From Halobacteriales archaeon (lineage in GTDB: Archaea > Halobacteriota > Halobacteria > Halobacteriales > SKSH01), in contig SKSD01000010.1 of assembly GCA_007118145.1 (NCBI GenBank), forward strand, positions 69,896 through 133,895: DNA of 64,000 nucleotides, in the 5' to 3' direction. The position numbers and the translations under genes are program-made. Under the pieces are notes generated by a model. It saw nothing but the letters and a program-made list of their open reading frames with translations. It had not been told where the DNA came from and did no database searches. Positions 19,576 to 29,768 of this stretch are shown here, piece after piece; the first letter of the stretch is position 1, and every line of letters begins with the position of its first letter.

Positions 19576-21549
19576 TCACTTCCCTTCAAACTCGGGTTCG
19601 CGATCACCCATGAAGGCAGTGAAACCCTCCATCAGGTCATCAGTACTCATCAGTTGACCGAACGCCTGGGATTCAATCTCGAGACCGGCGGCGGTGCTTT
19701 CCCTACCCCGGTGCATCGCCCGCTTGGTATACCGCTGAGCGATCGGAGGGCCCGCGGCGAGATCTGCGGCAAACTCTCTGGTTCGCTCGGCCAGATCGCT
19801 CGAATCGACAACCTCGTTGATAAACCCATAATCCTGCATCGTCTTCGCGTTGTAATGCTCTGCGGTGAAGATGATCTCCTTCGCCCGACCGAGCCCGACG
19901 ATATGTTGCAACCGCTGCGTGCCGCCCCAACCAGGGAGCAATCCGAGGTTGTGCTCGGGCTGACCGAGTGTCGAGCGCTCACTGGCGAGTCGGAAATCCG
20001 CACCAGTAGCGAGTTCCATACCTCCGCCGAGGCAGTATCCATCGATCTGGGCGACCACCGGTACGTCAATCGCCTCGAGCTTGCCAAATACACGCTGTCC
20101 GAGGCGTGAGAGTTCAACAGCAGCGATCGGGTCGGCACCAGATCCGGCCATGCTCTGTATGTCAGCACCGGCAGAGAACGCCCGGTCACCAGCACCGCGG
20201 AGAATGATCGCACGGACAGACGTCTCACCGTCCAATCTGTCAAGTGCGTCATCGAGTTCATGTAGCAACTCTTCACTGATCGAGTTCATCCGGTGTGGAC
20301 GGTCGAGCACGATCTCAGCGACGCCATCATCGCCTGGACCTTCGATGCGGATCGTCTCATAGGAGGTGGTCTGTTGGTCAGTCTCGACACGGAACCCCCC
20401 AGCCTGTGCTGCAGATGCAAGCCGAGGTGATGGCTCGAATCTCGGGTGACCGGTCGATTCGAACTGCTCCTGGAGATGTGCGAAGAGCCTGTCGACGCCA
20501 AACTCGTCTGCAATCCTGGTTGGGCCGTCTGGGAAACCTGCACCGAGCATCATGGCATCGTCGATATCACCGAGATCTGCCACGTCTTCTTGCAACAACT
20601 TGGCGACCTCGTTGGCCATCACTGCGAGCATCCTGGTGGCAACCATGTCATCAGTCTTATCGGCTGGGATCTCGACGCTACGACTCTCCTCATACGAGTA
20701 AAAACCCTGCCCGGACTTCTGCCCGAGTTCGCCAGCCTCTACCTTCTCCAATAATAGCGGACACGGTTCGTACGCACCACCGAGGTTGTCGTGGATGTAT
20801 TCGAGCACATCGATAATCACATCGAGACCGACGACATCGGCGAGTTGAAAGGCGGCCATCGGCATGCCTACCTCGTACTTCATCGTACTGTCGACCGTCT
20901 CGATATCTGCCTCAGCGTCATGTATCAACCAGGAAGCCTCGTTCATCGCCGGGACGAGGATGCGATTGACGATGAAACCCGGGCTATCCTTCCGGACACG
21001 AACAGGAGTCTTGTTCATCGATGAGGCGAGTGCCTCGATGACATCCAGTACAGCTGCATCAGTATGATCACCGGCGATCACCTCGACGAGCGGCATGCGG
21101 ATGGGTGGATTGAAAAAGTGCATCCCACAGAACCGCTCTGGCCGGTCGGTCACCTCTGAGAGGTCTGTGATGGAGATGCTCGAGGTGTTCGTGGCGATGA
21201 TTGCCTCAGGTGGTGCGAACTCGTCGACGGTGGTGAAGACCTCCTCTTTGATATCAAAGCGCTCAGGTACGGCCTCGATGATGACATCGGCGTCCTCGAC
21301 GGCAGACTCCAAATCGACCAGTGGTTCGACCAGGTCGAGTGCCTCATCAGCCTCTTCCTCAGACAGCCTCCCCTGTTCAACGAGCTTTCCGAGGCTCCAC
21401 TCAATCTGCTCGTATCCATCCATCACATACTCCTCCTCGATGTCTCGGATGGTGACGTTGTACCCAGCCATGGCAGCCAGTTCAGCAATACCGTGACCCA
21501 TCGTTCCTGCGCCAAGCACCGCTACAGTTTCGATATCATCGATGTCCAT
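19576..21549 (-). CDS. fused 3-hydroxyacyl-CoA dehydrogenase / enoyl-CoA hydratase (FadB-like)
   Basis: N-terminal NAD fold VAVLGAGTMGHGIA and C-terminal crotonase motif AFSAGADI. Trimmed to the ATG at 21549 (MDIDDIETVAVLGAG). Confidence 0.85.
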   Translation of the reverse strand: MDIDDIETVAVLGAGTMGHGIAELAAMAGYNVTIRDIEEEYVMDGYEQIEWSLGKLVEQGRLSEEEADEALDLVEPLVDLESAVEDADVIIEAVPERFDIKEEVFTTVDEFAPPEAIIATNTSSISITDLSEVTDRPERFCGMHFFNPPIRMPLVEVIAGDHTDAAVLDVIEALASSMNKTPVRVRKDSPGFIVNRILVPAMNEASWLIHDAEADIETVDSTMKYEVGMPMAAFQLADVVGLDVIIDVLEYIHDNLGGAYEPCPLLLEKVEAGELGQKSGQGFYSYEESRSVEIPADKTDDMVATRMLAVMANEVAKLLQEDVADLGDIDDAMMLGAGFPDGPTRIADEFGVDRLFAHLQEQFESTGHPRFEPSPRLASAAQAGGFRVETDQQTTSYETIRIEGPGDDGVAEIVLDRPHRMNSISEELLHELDDALDRLDGETSVRAIILRGAGDRAFSAGADIQSMAGSGADPIAAVELSRLGQRVFGKLEAIDVPVVAQIDGYCLGGGMELATGADFRLASERSTLGQPEHNLGLLPGWGGTQRLQHIVGLGRAKEIIFTAEHYNAKTMQDYGFINEVVDSSDLAERTREFAADLAAGPPIAQRYTKRAMHRGRESTAAGLEIESQAFGQLMSTDDLMEGFTAFMGDREPEFEGK

Positions 21550-21646
21550 AGATGTAGCTCCTCGGAGCAGCACATTCAACGTTTTCATCACTCTCAATCC
21601 GGGGCAAGCCCATCCCCACCTCGTAGGAGCCTCCAACAACATCTAA

Positions 21647-21663
21647 GGTAACGCCCCGTTACC
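21647..21663. promoter_or_regulatory. perfect inverted repeat GGTAAC-N5-GTTACC, 9 nt upstream of the acyl-CoA dehydrogenase ATG
   Basis: Read directly: ggtaac gcccc gttacc, in the 122-nt divergent spacer between the two beta-oxidation genes. Confidence 0.25.
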
Positions 21664-21671
21664 GATGCAAC

Positions 21672-22829
21672 ATGGACTTCGCGCTTTCTGACGAGCAGGT
21701 ATCCCTCCGTGATGAGGTTCGGCGCTTCGCAGAGAACGAGATCGAGCCAGTTGCCACGGAGTACGACGAGGAGGAGGCCTACCCCCAGGAGGTCATGGAT
21801 AAGGCAGCGCAGATGGGGCTGACAGGTGCACACATCCCCATCGAGTATGGTGGTGCTGGATACTCCGTCCTCGATGTGGCCATCATCATCGAGGAGCTTT
21901 TCTCAGTCGACCCGGGTATCGCACTGAGCGTCACGAGTGCTGCGTTCGGTGCAGATGCGATCATGGCCTTTGGCACTGAAGAACAAAAGGATCGATACCT
22001 GACGCAGATCGCCAGTGGCGAGGCGGTGATGGGTACCGCCGTGTCCGAGCCGGATGTTGGCTCGGACGTATCTGCCGTGTCGACACGTGCTGAACGAGAT
22101 GGGGATGAGTGGGTCATCAACGGGAACAAGATGTGGATCACCAACGGGAGTGTTGGTGACTTCTTCGTCGTGATGTGTCGGACTGACCCCGATGCGAGCG
22201 ATCGATACTCGGGGTTCTCACAGATACTCATCGAATCCGACCGAGACGGATTCACCGCAGAGAAGATCACCGGTAAGCTGGGTATCCGAGCCAGTGATAC
22301 CGCCGAGTTAATATTCGACGATGTCCGTGTCCCTGAGGAGAACCTCATCGGCACGGAGGGTGCTGGCTTCTTACAGATGATGCAATTTTTCGACGATACC
22401 CGGACGATGGTGGCTGCCCAGGCGGTGGGGATAGCCAAGGGGGCGACCGACCGTGCGATCGAGTATGCCAAGGAACGCGAGCAGTTTGGGCGCCCGATCT
22501 CTGAGTTCCAGGCGATCCAACACAAGCTCGCTGAGATGGCGATGAAGACCGAGGCAGCGCGACAGCTGACGTACAAGTCAGCATGGGCGGTCGACCAGCG
22601 TGATCAGCAACTGACCGCACTCGCATCGATGGCAAAGGCGTTCGCCTCACGTGTCGCCGTCGAGGTGGCCGATGACGCCGTTCAAGTTCACGGCGGCGCC
22701 GGGTACGTGAACGATTTCGATGTGGAACGGTTCTATCGAGACGCGAAGATCACTGAGATCTACGAGGGGACGACACAGATCCAAAAGAACATCATCGCGA
22801 GAGAACTCCTTGGCAAGAGTTTCGTCTGA
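21672..22829 (+). CDS. acyl-CoA dehydrogenase
   Basis: 385 aa. C-terminal GGAGYVNDFDVERFYRDAKITEIYEGTTQIQ is typical of ACADs. Confidence 0.9.
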   Translation: MDFALSDEQVSLRDEVRRFAENEIEPVATEYDEEEAYPQEVMDKAAQMGLTGAHIPIEYGGAGYSVLDVAIIIEELFSVDPGIALSVTSAAFGADAIMAFGTEEQKDRYLTQIASGEAVMGTAVSEPDVGSDVSAVSTRAERDGDEWVINGNKMWITNGSVGDFFVVMCRTDPDASDRYSGFSQILIESDRDGFTAEKITGKLGIRASDTAELIFDDVRVPEENLIGTEGAGFLQMMQFFDDTRTMVAAQAVGIAKGATDRAIEYAKEREQFGRPISEFQAIQHKLAEMAMKTEAARQLTYKSAWAVDQRDQQLTALASMAKAFASRVAVEVADDAVQVHGGAGYVNDFDVERFYRDAKITEIYEGTTQIQKNIIARELLGKSFV

Positions 22830-22935
22830 ATTAACCCATCGACAGTATGCTGCCAGCATAACCACACGACCGCCGATCGCCGAGGCATGTGGTTGCGATA
22901 CGACCTTGTTGGTGGCTCACCACGTTTCCACAACG

Positions 22936-23511
22936 ATGGATGAGCGAGCGATTGACCTCCTGAAGGGAGATACTGTGATTGGACCGCTTATCGATACGTA
23001 CGGACCGCTTGAGCTCCAGGTAGCAGACGATCCATTTGAACGACTCGTCCAGTCGATACTCAGACAGCAGGTATCGATGGAAGCCGCTGATGCGATTGCT
23101 GAGCGCTTCTTCGGTGCCATCGACGTATCACCACCTGCCCTGGCAGCTGCCAACCCAGAGGATTTGACCGAATATGGACTATCTCGACAGAAAGCAACCT
23201 ATGTCCGAGAGGTAGCTCGTGCCTTTCACGATAACCGGTATACGAAACGTTACTTCGTGGGGTTGGATGATGAGACGGTGATCGACGAGCTCACCGCCAT
23301 CCGTGGTGTAGGCCCCTGGACCGCGAAAATGTTCCTCATGTTCGCCCTCGGTCGTGCCGACATCTTTCCCGTAGAAGACCTCGGGATACGTCGGGCGATG
23401 ACCCTGCACGTCGATGCTGAGCTGACCCGTGGTGAGATGGCCGAGTACGCTGAAAGATGGCGACCTGTCAGGTCTTACGCCTCTCTCTATCTATGGCGAA
23501 GCATCGATTGA
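22936..23511 (+). CDS. HhH-GPD DNA glycosylase (3-methyladenine DNA glycosylase II, AlkA-like)
   Basis: Helix-hairpin-helix IRGVGPWTAKMFLMFALGRADIFPVEDLGIRRAM with a catalytic Asp. Trimmed to the ATG at 22936. Confidence 0.75.
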   Translation: MDERAIDLLKGDTVIGPLIDTYGPLELQVADDPFERLVQSILRQQVSMEAADAIAERFFGAIDVSPPALAAANPEDLTEYGLSRQKATYVREVARAFHDNRYTKRYFVGLDDETVIDELTAIRGVGPWTAKMFLMFALGRADIFPVEDLGIRRAMTLHVDAELTRGEMAEYAERWRPVRSYASLYLWRSID

Positions 23512-23714
23512 TAGAATCAACTTGGTATACGTTGATTCACGCTCCCAAAGGTAACCGATTCCTCATGGCGACTGAATACGTGTAGCTGGGAGGCCTCGCC
23601 ACATGTGCGTCGTTTGTGATCACCAAATCCCCAATAATCTACATGAATAGGATGTACTGTGATACCGCGTTAGAAACGCATATACCAACCCCGTTCGGAC
23701 CATCCACTTGCGAC

Positions 23715-24110
23715 ATGAGTGAACCGTACGACCGCGGCCTCGTCGAGGATTATGGCCGCTGGCGGGAGTTCGCCCCAGGCATGTGGGCATGGATTCTTCA
23801 CAAGTTCACCGGATGGGTGCTCATCGGCTATCTATTCACGCACATCGCTGTGTTGAGCACTGCACTCGACGGGGGTGCAACCTATACTGCGACCATCCAG
23901 GGACTCGAGGCATTGTTCGTGGTCAGGGTGATGGAAATCGGCCTCCTCGCAGTCGCTGTCTTCCATATCCTCAACGGCATCAGACTGCTCATGATCGACC
24001 TCGGTATCGGTCTCGAGCGACAGGCGGCGAGTTTTTACATCTCGTTGATCATCACTGCACTGATCGTCATCGCCTCCGTACCGACCTTCCTTGGCGAGGT
24101 GGGGGTCTGA
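23715..24110 (+). CDS. sdhC: succinate dehydrogenase membrane subunit C
   Basis: Three-TM small subunit directly upstream of sdhD/B/A. Trimmed to the ATG at 23715. Confidence 0.75.
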   Translation: MSEPYDRGLVEDYGRWREFAPGMWAWILHKFTGWVLIGYLFTHIAVLSTALDGGATYTATIQGLEALFVVRVMEIGLLAVAVFHILNGIRLLMIDLGIGLERQAASFYISLIITALIVIASVPTFLGEVGV

Positions 24111-24111
24111 C

Positions 24112-24486
24112 ATGAGCACCCCATATCGATCATCGTTCACCCGTGGGTCGACACTGTGGGTGCTCCAGCGCGTCACCGCAGCGTTCCTGATCGTCCTCCT
24201 GGCGTTTCACTTCTTCCAGCTACACTTTGTCAATCATGCGTGGGAGATAGATTTCGCCGGGACACAGGCACGCATGAGCAACCTGCTTTACTTCACGACG
24301 ATGGTGCTCTTTCTCATCACCGCCACCTTCCACGGTGTCAATGGTGTCTACAATGCACTCGTCAATCAGGGGCTCACCGGTCAGCCCCGGAGGGTCCTCA
24401 AGTGGGTCCTCATCATCGCTGGGCTCGGACTCATCGTACAGGGTGTCCGGGTCGCGTTCGTCATGGCCGGGATCGACCTCCTATGA
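24112..24486 (+). CDS. sdhD: succinate dehydrogenase membrane subunit D
   Basis: 124 aa three-TM protein. Starts 1 nt after the sdhC stop and ends in an ATGA overlap with sdhB. Confidence 0.7.
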   Translation: MSTPYRSSFTRGSTLWVLQRVTAAFLIVLLAFHFFQLHFVNHAWEIDFAGTQARMSNLLYFTTMVLFLITATFHGVNGVYNALVNQGLTGQPRRVLKWVLIIAGLGLIVQGVRVAFVMAGIDLL

Positions 24487-25262
24487 GCACTGAACACACC
24501 TCCCCTGAGCCAGAAGAATCGACGACGGTGAGCGACGATACCGTGACCATCCGCGTCTTCCGGTACCAACCTGAAAAAGAGGATGACGCGGAACCGTACT
24601 ATGAGGAGTTCGCCGTCCCACGTGTAGACGGTATAACGGTCCTCGACGCGCTCATGTGGGCGCGAGATCACGAGGACGGCACACTCACCTTCCGACACTC
24701 CTGCCGCCAGGGTGTCTGTGGGAGCGACGCCATGTTCGTTAACGGTCGGCAGCGCCTTTGTTGCACGACGCAAATCTCCGATCTTGCCGAACCGGTGCAG
24801 ATCGATCCGCTCCCCCATCAGGGCGTGCTCAAGGACCTCGTCGTCGATATGGATCATTTCTATGACCAGATGCATGCGGTCGACCCGTTTTTCGACCCAG
24901 ATGAACTACCGGATGACCCCCTCGAGGAACAGCGCCAGTCACCGGAGAATCGCGAGCATATCAAACTCAGCACCAGATGTATCTGGTGTGGAGCATGCAT
25001 GTCCTCATGCAATATTGCCGCAGGTGACAACCAGTACCTCGGTCCCGCATCGATCAACAAGGCATATCGGTTCATCAAGGACGAACGCGAGGGTGAACAA
25101 CGCCGTGACGAACGCATCGAACAGATGGCCGATGATCATGCGGTATGGAGGTGTCAGACACAGTTCTCCTGCACCGAGGTCTGCCCGAAGGACATCCCGT
25201 TGACCGAGCATATCCAGACACTCAAACGCGATGCAGCGAAACGTGACCTCTCACTCTGGTGA
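24483..25262 (+). CDS. sdhB: succinate dehydrogenase iron-sulfur subunit
   Basis: Cluster motifs CRQGVCGSDAM, CIWCGACMSSC, CTEVCPKDIP. Trimmed to the ATG at 24483. Confidence 0.9.
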   Translation: MSTEHTSPEPEESTTVSDDTVTIRVFRYQPEKEDDAEPYYEEFAVPRVDGITVLDALMWARDHEDGTLTFRHSCRQGVCGSDAMFVNGRQRLCCTTQISDLAEPVQIDPLPHQGVLKDLVVDMDHFYDQMHAVDPFFDPDELPDDPLEEQRQSPENREHIKLSTRCIWCGACMSSCNIAAGDNQYLGPASINKAYRFIKDEREGEQRRDERIEQMADDHAVWRCQTQFSCTEVCPKDIPLTEHIQTLKRDAAKRDLSLW

Positions 25263-25268
25263 TCGACC

Positions 25269-27095
25269 ATGACCATACTCTCACATGACGTCATCGTCGT
25301 CGGTGGTGGTGGTGCTGGGCTTCGTGCGGCGATAGCCGCTCACGAGGCTGGTGCCGATACGGCGATCGTGACGAAGCTCCACCCAGTCCGTAGCCATACC
25401 GGTGCCGCTGAGGGTGGTATCAATGCCGCCCTCAGGGATGGTGACTCCTGGGAGTTACACGCCGATGATACGATGAAGGGATCTGACTACCTCGGCGATG
25501 CACCTGCCATCGAGACGCTCGCCAGGGACGCACCTGAGAACGTGATCCAACTCGAGCACTGGGGCATGCCCTTTTCGCGTGATGATGATGGCAGGGTATC
25601 ACAGCGCCCGTTCGGCGGACTCTCCTTCCCGCGTACGACCTACGCTGGTGCAGAGACGGGTCATCATATGCTGCACACGATGTACGAGCAGGTCGTCAAA
25701 CGGGGTATCGAGGTCTATGACGAGTTCTACGTCTCTCGACTGGCTGTCTCCGATGAACCAGATCCGACCGACCGACAGTGTCACGGTGTCGTCGCGATCA
25801 ACCTCCGCCGTGGTGAACTCTGGGGATTCCATGCCCGCAACGGAGTGATCCTGGCAACTGGTGGACCTGGGCAAGTGTATGACCATACCACGAACGCCGT
25901 GACCTGTACCGGTGATGGCCACGCCATGGCGTACCGGGTCGGTGTTCTCCTCGAGGACATGGAGTTCGTCCAGTTCCACCCGACAACGCTCCCCTCCACA
26001 GGGGTGCTCATCTCCGAGGGTGTCAGGGGCGAGGGCGGCAAGTTGTTCAACGCACACGGTGAGCGCTTCATGTACGAACGTGGTTACGCGACGACCGCTG
26101 GTGAGCTCGCCAGTCGTGACGTCGTCTCGCGGGCTGAGCTGACCGAGATAGCCGAGGGGAGGGGGTTCGAGGATGAGTACGTCTACCTCGATATGCGTCA
26201 CCTCGGTCCAGAGCGGATTGAGGATCGACTCGAGAATATCCTCCATCTCGCCCGTGACTTCGAGGGCGTCGATGGGCTCACCGAACCGATGCCGGTCAAA
26301 CCTGGACAACACTACGTCATGGGTGGTATCGAGACGAACGAGCATGGTCAGACCTGTATCGACGGACTGTATGCAGCCGGTGAATGTGCCTGTGTGAGTG
26401 TCCACGGTGCCAACCGTCTCGGAGGGAACGCGCTGCCTGAGTTGATCGTCTTCGGGAGACGTGCAGGCTTGCATGCCGCAGGTGCAGACCTCGGGGATGC
26501 GATCATCTCGACCGGGCGTGACGATACAACCGAGCCCTGGGACGGTACATTCGACACACCCATCGGCTCGATCGAGACTGATACTGCCGTGACCGATGGT
26601 GGTTCAGCAGAGCCTGAGGAGGTGGTCAGTGCGGCCCTCGATGACGAACAACGGCGTATCGATGCACTCTTCGAGCGAGACGATGGCATCCGCCATGCCG
26701 AGGTTCGTCACAATGTTCAACAGACGATGACGGCTCACGTGAACGTCTTCCGTGAACCCGAGGGGATGCAACAGGCGCTCGCTGATATCCGTCAGGCACG
26801 CGTCGACTATCAGGATATCTTCGTCGAGGATACCTCAAAGACGTTCAATACAGACCTGATCCAGGCGATAGAGACACGCAACGTGATCGACGTGGCGGAG
26901 ACGATCGTGATGAGTGCGATCGCCCGGACGGAGTTCCGAGGGGCACACTGGCGAGAGGATTTTCAGTCACGTCGTGATGATGTCTGGCTGAAACACACAT
27001 TCGTCTCCTGGGACGACGGCCAGCCATCGCTCTGGTTCAAGCCAGTCTTGCTCGATGGAGAGCGAACGTACGAACCGAAGGAACGGAGTTACTGA
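25269..27095 (+). CDS. sdhA: succinate dehydrogenase flavoprotein subunit
   Basis: FAD fold VVGGGGAGLRAA and covalent-FAD histidine region RSHTGAAEGGINA. 608 aa. Confidence 0.92.
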   Translation: MTILSHDVIVVGGGGAGLRAAIAAHEAGADTAIVTKLHPVRSHTGAAEGGINAALRDGDSWELHADDTMKGSDYLGDAPAIETLARDAPENVIQLEHWGMPFSRDDDGRVSQRPFGGLSFPRTTYAGAETGHHMLHTMYEQVVKRGIEVYDEFYVSRLAVSDEPDPTDRQCHGVVAINLRRGELWGFHARNGVILATGGPGQVYDHTTNAVTCTGDGHAMAYRVGVLLEDMEFVQFHPTTLPSTGVLISEGVRGEGGKLFNAHGERFMYERGYATTAGELASRDVVSRAELTEIAEGRGFEDEYVYLDMRHLGPERIEDRLENILHLARDFEGVDGLTEPMPVKPGQHYVMGGIETNEHGQTCIDGLYAAGECACVSVHGANRLGGNALPELIVFGRRAGLHAAGADLGDAIISTGRDDTTEPWDGTFDTPIGSIETDTAVTDGGSAEPEEVVSAALDDEQRRIDALFERDDGIRHAEVRHNVQQTMTAHVNVFREPEGMQQALADIRQARVDYQDIFVEDTSKTFNTDLIQAIETRNVIDVAETIVMSAIARTEFRGAHWREDFQSRRDDVWLKHTFVSWDDGQPSLWFKPVLLDGERTYEPKERSY

Positions 27096-27185
27096 GATAT
27101 TCGATCACGGTTGGAATTCGAGTAAACAAGGCGGTCATCCAGTGTGTCCCGAGAGAGGTGTCTCAGGTCGTGTACCTATCTCACG

Positions 27186-27692
27186 TCACTCGGCGGTGAA
27201 TCGGATATAATCGAGATCATCGACATCATCGTTACCAAGCGTCTCGAACGTCATCCCGATATCAACATGTTCCTGAGGGGCGAGCTCTCCGAGTATGCCA
27301 GGGTTATCCGTGGCACCGAAGATAATCACATCTTCGACAGGCTCATCGTTCTCGTTCATGCCACGTGCTTCAAGCGAGATCGTATTCGACCCCTGATTGG
27401 TTGCCCGAATCAGGTTTGAAAACGTCGTCTGACCCTCATCGTTGATATCAGCATCTGTGAAATCGAGGTACAACAGCCCATCCGCATCGTAATCAACCTC
27501 TGGCGGATATGGACTATCCTCGCGATCAGGATGGGGTGCGAGCATCAGATACCCGCTTGCATCACCACCGACACTGACGTCAACGTCCCTGTGAAGCTCG
27601 ATGCGATCGAATGCTCCACTCGCTCCGACGGTCCCGTATCCAATGGCGATACCTCCCAAGATGGTCAAGGCAGTTCTGCGTGTCACCGGCAT
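27186..27692 (-). CDS. secreted protein with RR-containing signal peptide (archaeal DUF1102/TasA-camelysin-like candidate)
   Basis: N-terminus MPVTRRTALTILGGIAIGYGTVGASGAFDRIELHRDVDVSVGGDASGYLMLAP. The signal plus GAF...V.V..D....L.L pattern recalls archaeal SipW-dependent secreted proteins. It is the last gene of a signal-peptidase operon. Confidence 0.65.
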   Translation of the reverse strand: MPVTRRTALTILGGIAIGYGTVGASGAFDRIELHRDVDVSVGGDASGYLMLAPHPDREDSPYPPEVDYDADGLLYLDFTDADINDEGQTTFSNLIRATNQGSNTISLEARGMNENDEPVEDVIIFGATDNPGILGELAPQEHVDIGMTFETLGNDDVDDLDYIRFTAE

Positions 27693-27724
27693 GGTGGACC
27701 GTACCCTCTAGGCGGAATCGTATA

Positions 27725-28723
27725 TCAATCACCGGCTGGAGTGTGATGCATATACCATGTGCCATCGATCACCACCGCCGCAGTCCCACGGTTGTCGAGC
27801 AAGATCGGCGTTCGATGGGTACGTGCCAAGGTGTGTAACTCAGCATGTTCGTCGACGACGATACCGTGACGAATACTGATCGGTGTGCTGACCTCAACAT
27901 ATCGGGAGGGATGTCTCGTGTGTAACCACCGCATCCGATGTCTCGACCGAGCAGCAGATGACATGGGGAGGACACCGGTGAGACGTAGCCCGACCAGTCC
28001 GAGGAGGATACCGGTACCGAGGGCGACCGTGAGCACCCATGTCTGTGAGCCTGTCGACCCACCGGTCACCGCCTCATAGTGACGGATGCCATCGTGCTCG
28101 ACCACGATCACCTCCTCGTCGAACGCAATCGAAAGCTCTGCCGTGTGAACGTGTACCCGTGCATCGGTGACCTGAACCGACGCAAGAACGCTCACCTCGA
28201 GGGTGCCAGCCGTCGTCCCGTAGCGATCATCGAGGCGCTCTGCCAACCGTTCGATACGGTCGATATCGAGATGCACTGGTGAGGTGTGGACGTGAGTGTG
28301 TCCAGGTGCCGTGATAGAATCATTCACCAGCGGGGTTTCATACCGCCACAGCGTGGTACCGCCGTAGGTGCGCTCTACCTGTAGATCAACCATAAGCAAG
28401 ACACGATCTACGGTATCGAGTGTCCGGTCATACTCATAGGTGAACGTGGCAGGTATCGTCGACTGATACGCTCTGACGAACGCACCATCACCCCCGAGCG
28501 TCACAGTGCCATCATCACCGATCGTCTCAACCGTCATCGCCTGGGTGAGTTCGAATCCAACGCGTTCGATCACCACCTGTTCGTCGTCATGACCGTCGAT
28601 ATCAGCCAGGAACAGGGTCGAACCCCCGTAAAGCACGAGGCTGACACCGATGAACAAACAGAGGAGAAATCGGTTATCGACGAGGAGAAGCAACCCACTC
28701 GTGAGACCATCTAGACGTGTCAT
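27725..28723 (-). CDS. bitopic membrane protein (DUF5305-like), signal-peptidase operon member
   Basis: N-terminal TM (LLCLFIGVSLVLYGG), a long beta-rich ectodomain and a C-terminal TM (TWVLTVALGTGILLGLVGL). ATGA overlap with the upstream peptidase gene. Confidence 0.55.
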   Translation of the reverse strand: MTRLDGLTSGLLLLVDNRFLLCLFIGVSLVLYGGSTLFLADIDGHDDEQVVIERVGFELTQAMTVETIGDDGTVTLGGDGAFVRAYQSTIPATFTYEYDRTLDTVDRVLLMVDLQVERTYGGTTLWRYETPLVNDSITAPGHTHVHTSPVHLDIDRIERLAERLDDRYGTTAGTLEVSVLASVQVTDARVHVHTAELSIAFDEEVIVVEHDGIRHYEAVTGGSTGSQTWVLTVALGTGILLGLVGLRLTGVLPMSSAARSRHRMRWLHTRHPSRYVEVSTPISIRHGIVVDEHAELHTLARTHRTPILLDNRGTAAVVIDGTWYMHHTPAGD

Positions 28724-29637
28724 CGTCGAGGTGGTGCCGGGGGGAGGATGGTCGCTGTGATGTGGGCGATGGCGTACATAAACAATCCTGTCGAGGAAGA
28801 AACCATGATGATCCCCAAGAGTGGATCGAGTTGGGTGAGTCGCTCGACGAGCCCTGGATGTCCAACCCCGACCAGGAGTTCGTATCCGATGTACTCAGTG
28901 AGATCAACCCGCTGTCTCGGCCAGAGTATGACGACATCAGGCGATGTCACCTCCCGATGTAACACAGCCATGATCGGGACGAGACCAGCGTTGACGAGTT
29001 CAGTATCTGCCTGGGGTGGTGATCGTACCCCACCAAGTAGCCAGCCGAGCACTGGAATACTGGCAGCGAGTGCACCGATCGAACGAGGTGATGGTGCTCG
29101 AACCGATCGCCCTGTGTCCACACTCAGTATGAGAGTGATGACACCGACGCTGATGATAGCCGTCATCGTGAGATCATCTTGGACGGGAAGCCCGGAGAGG
29201 GCGAGTGGCCTCCCACCCCACTCCGGTATCGAGGCGACCACCCCATGGTGAGGGACTGGTGGATCACCTGTTGCCTGATCGGTGAACGGGTTCGCATCAC
29301 CCTTCGTGAGATACCCCTCTGGTGTCGATTCGACCACCCTGTGGACCGTCCATCCATCCTCACCCTCGAACACGATAATGTCGCCAGTTGTTACGTCAGA
29401 CAACATCGGCGGGATCCCAAGGTAGATGTCACCTTGAGTAAGAGTCGGCGACATACTGTCAGAGGTGACAACGCCGAATGGTACAGGCTGACCGATGCTC
29501 ATGAGCAGACCGACGCAAAATCCGATGAAGATGATCGTCACGAATGTCGACACACGGTTCATCTCAGCATACTTCCACACAGACTGCGTGATCGATATCG
29601 TCCCATAGCGTCGAGTATTAGCCCCCTTCTCAGGCAT
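28720..29637 (-). CDS. signal peptidase I, archaeal/SipW (S26B) type, with polytopic C-terminal extension
   Basis: Catalytic Ser box SDSMSPTL and the conserved box TKGDANPFTD after an N-terminal TM. About 150 aa of extra C-terminal TM segments. Trimmed to the ATG at 29637. Confidence 0.75.
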   Translation of the reverse strand: MPEKGANTRRYGTISITQSVWKYAEMNRVSTFVTIIFIGFCVGLLMSIGQPVPFGVVTSDSMSPTLTQGDIYLGIPPMLSDVTTGDIIVFEGEDGWTVHRVVESTPEGYLTKGDANPFTDQATGDPPVPHHGVVASIPEWGGRPLALSGLPVQDDLTMTAIISVGVITLILSVDTGRSVRAPSPRSIGALAASIPVLGWLLGGVRSPPQADTELVNAGLVPIMAVLHREVTSPDVVILWPRQRVDLTEYIGYELLVGVGHPGLVERLTQLDPLLGIIMVSSSTGLFMYAIAHITATILPPAPPRR

Positions 29638-29768
29638 AAAGCAAAGGGCGGTCTCGACATCCGATGAGAAGACAGATGTGGTGAACCTACACACGCTAAC
29701 GGGTGGATACATATCGCTTCACGTTCTCGTTGGACGTGGAACGAACCACCTACCCACACCACCATATT

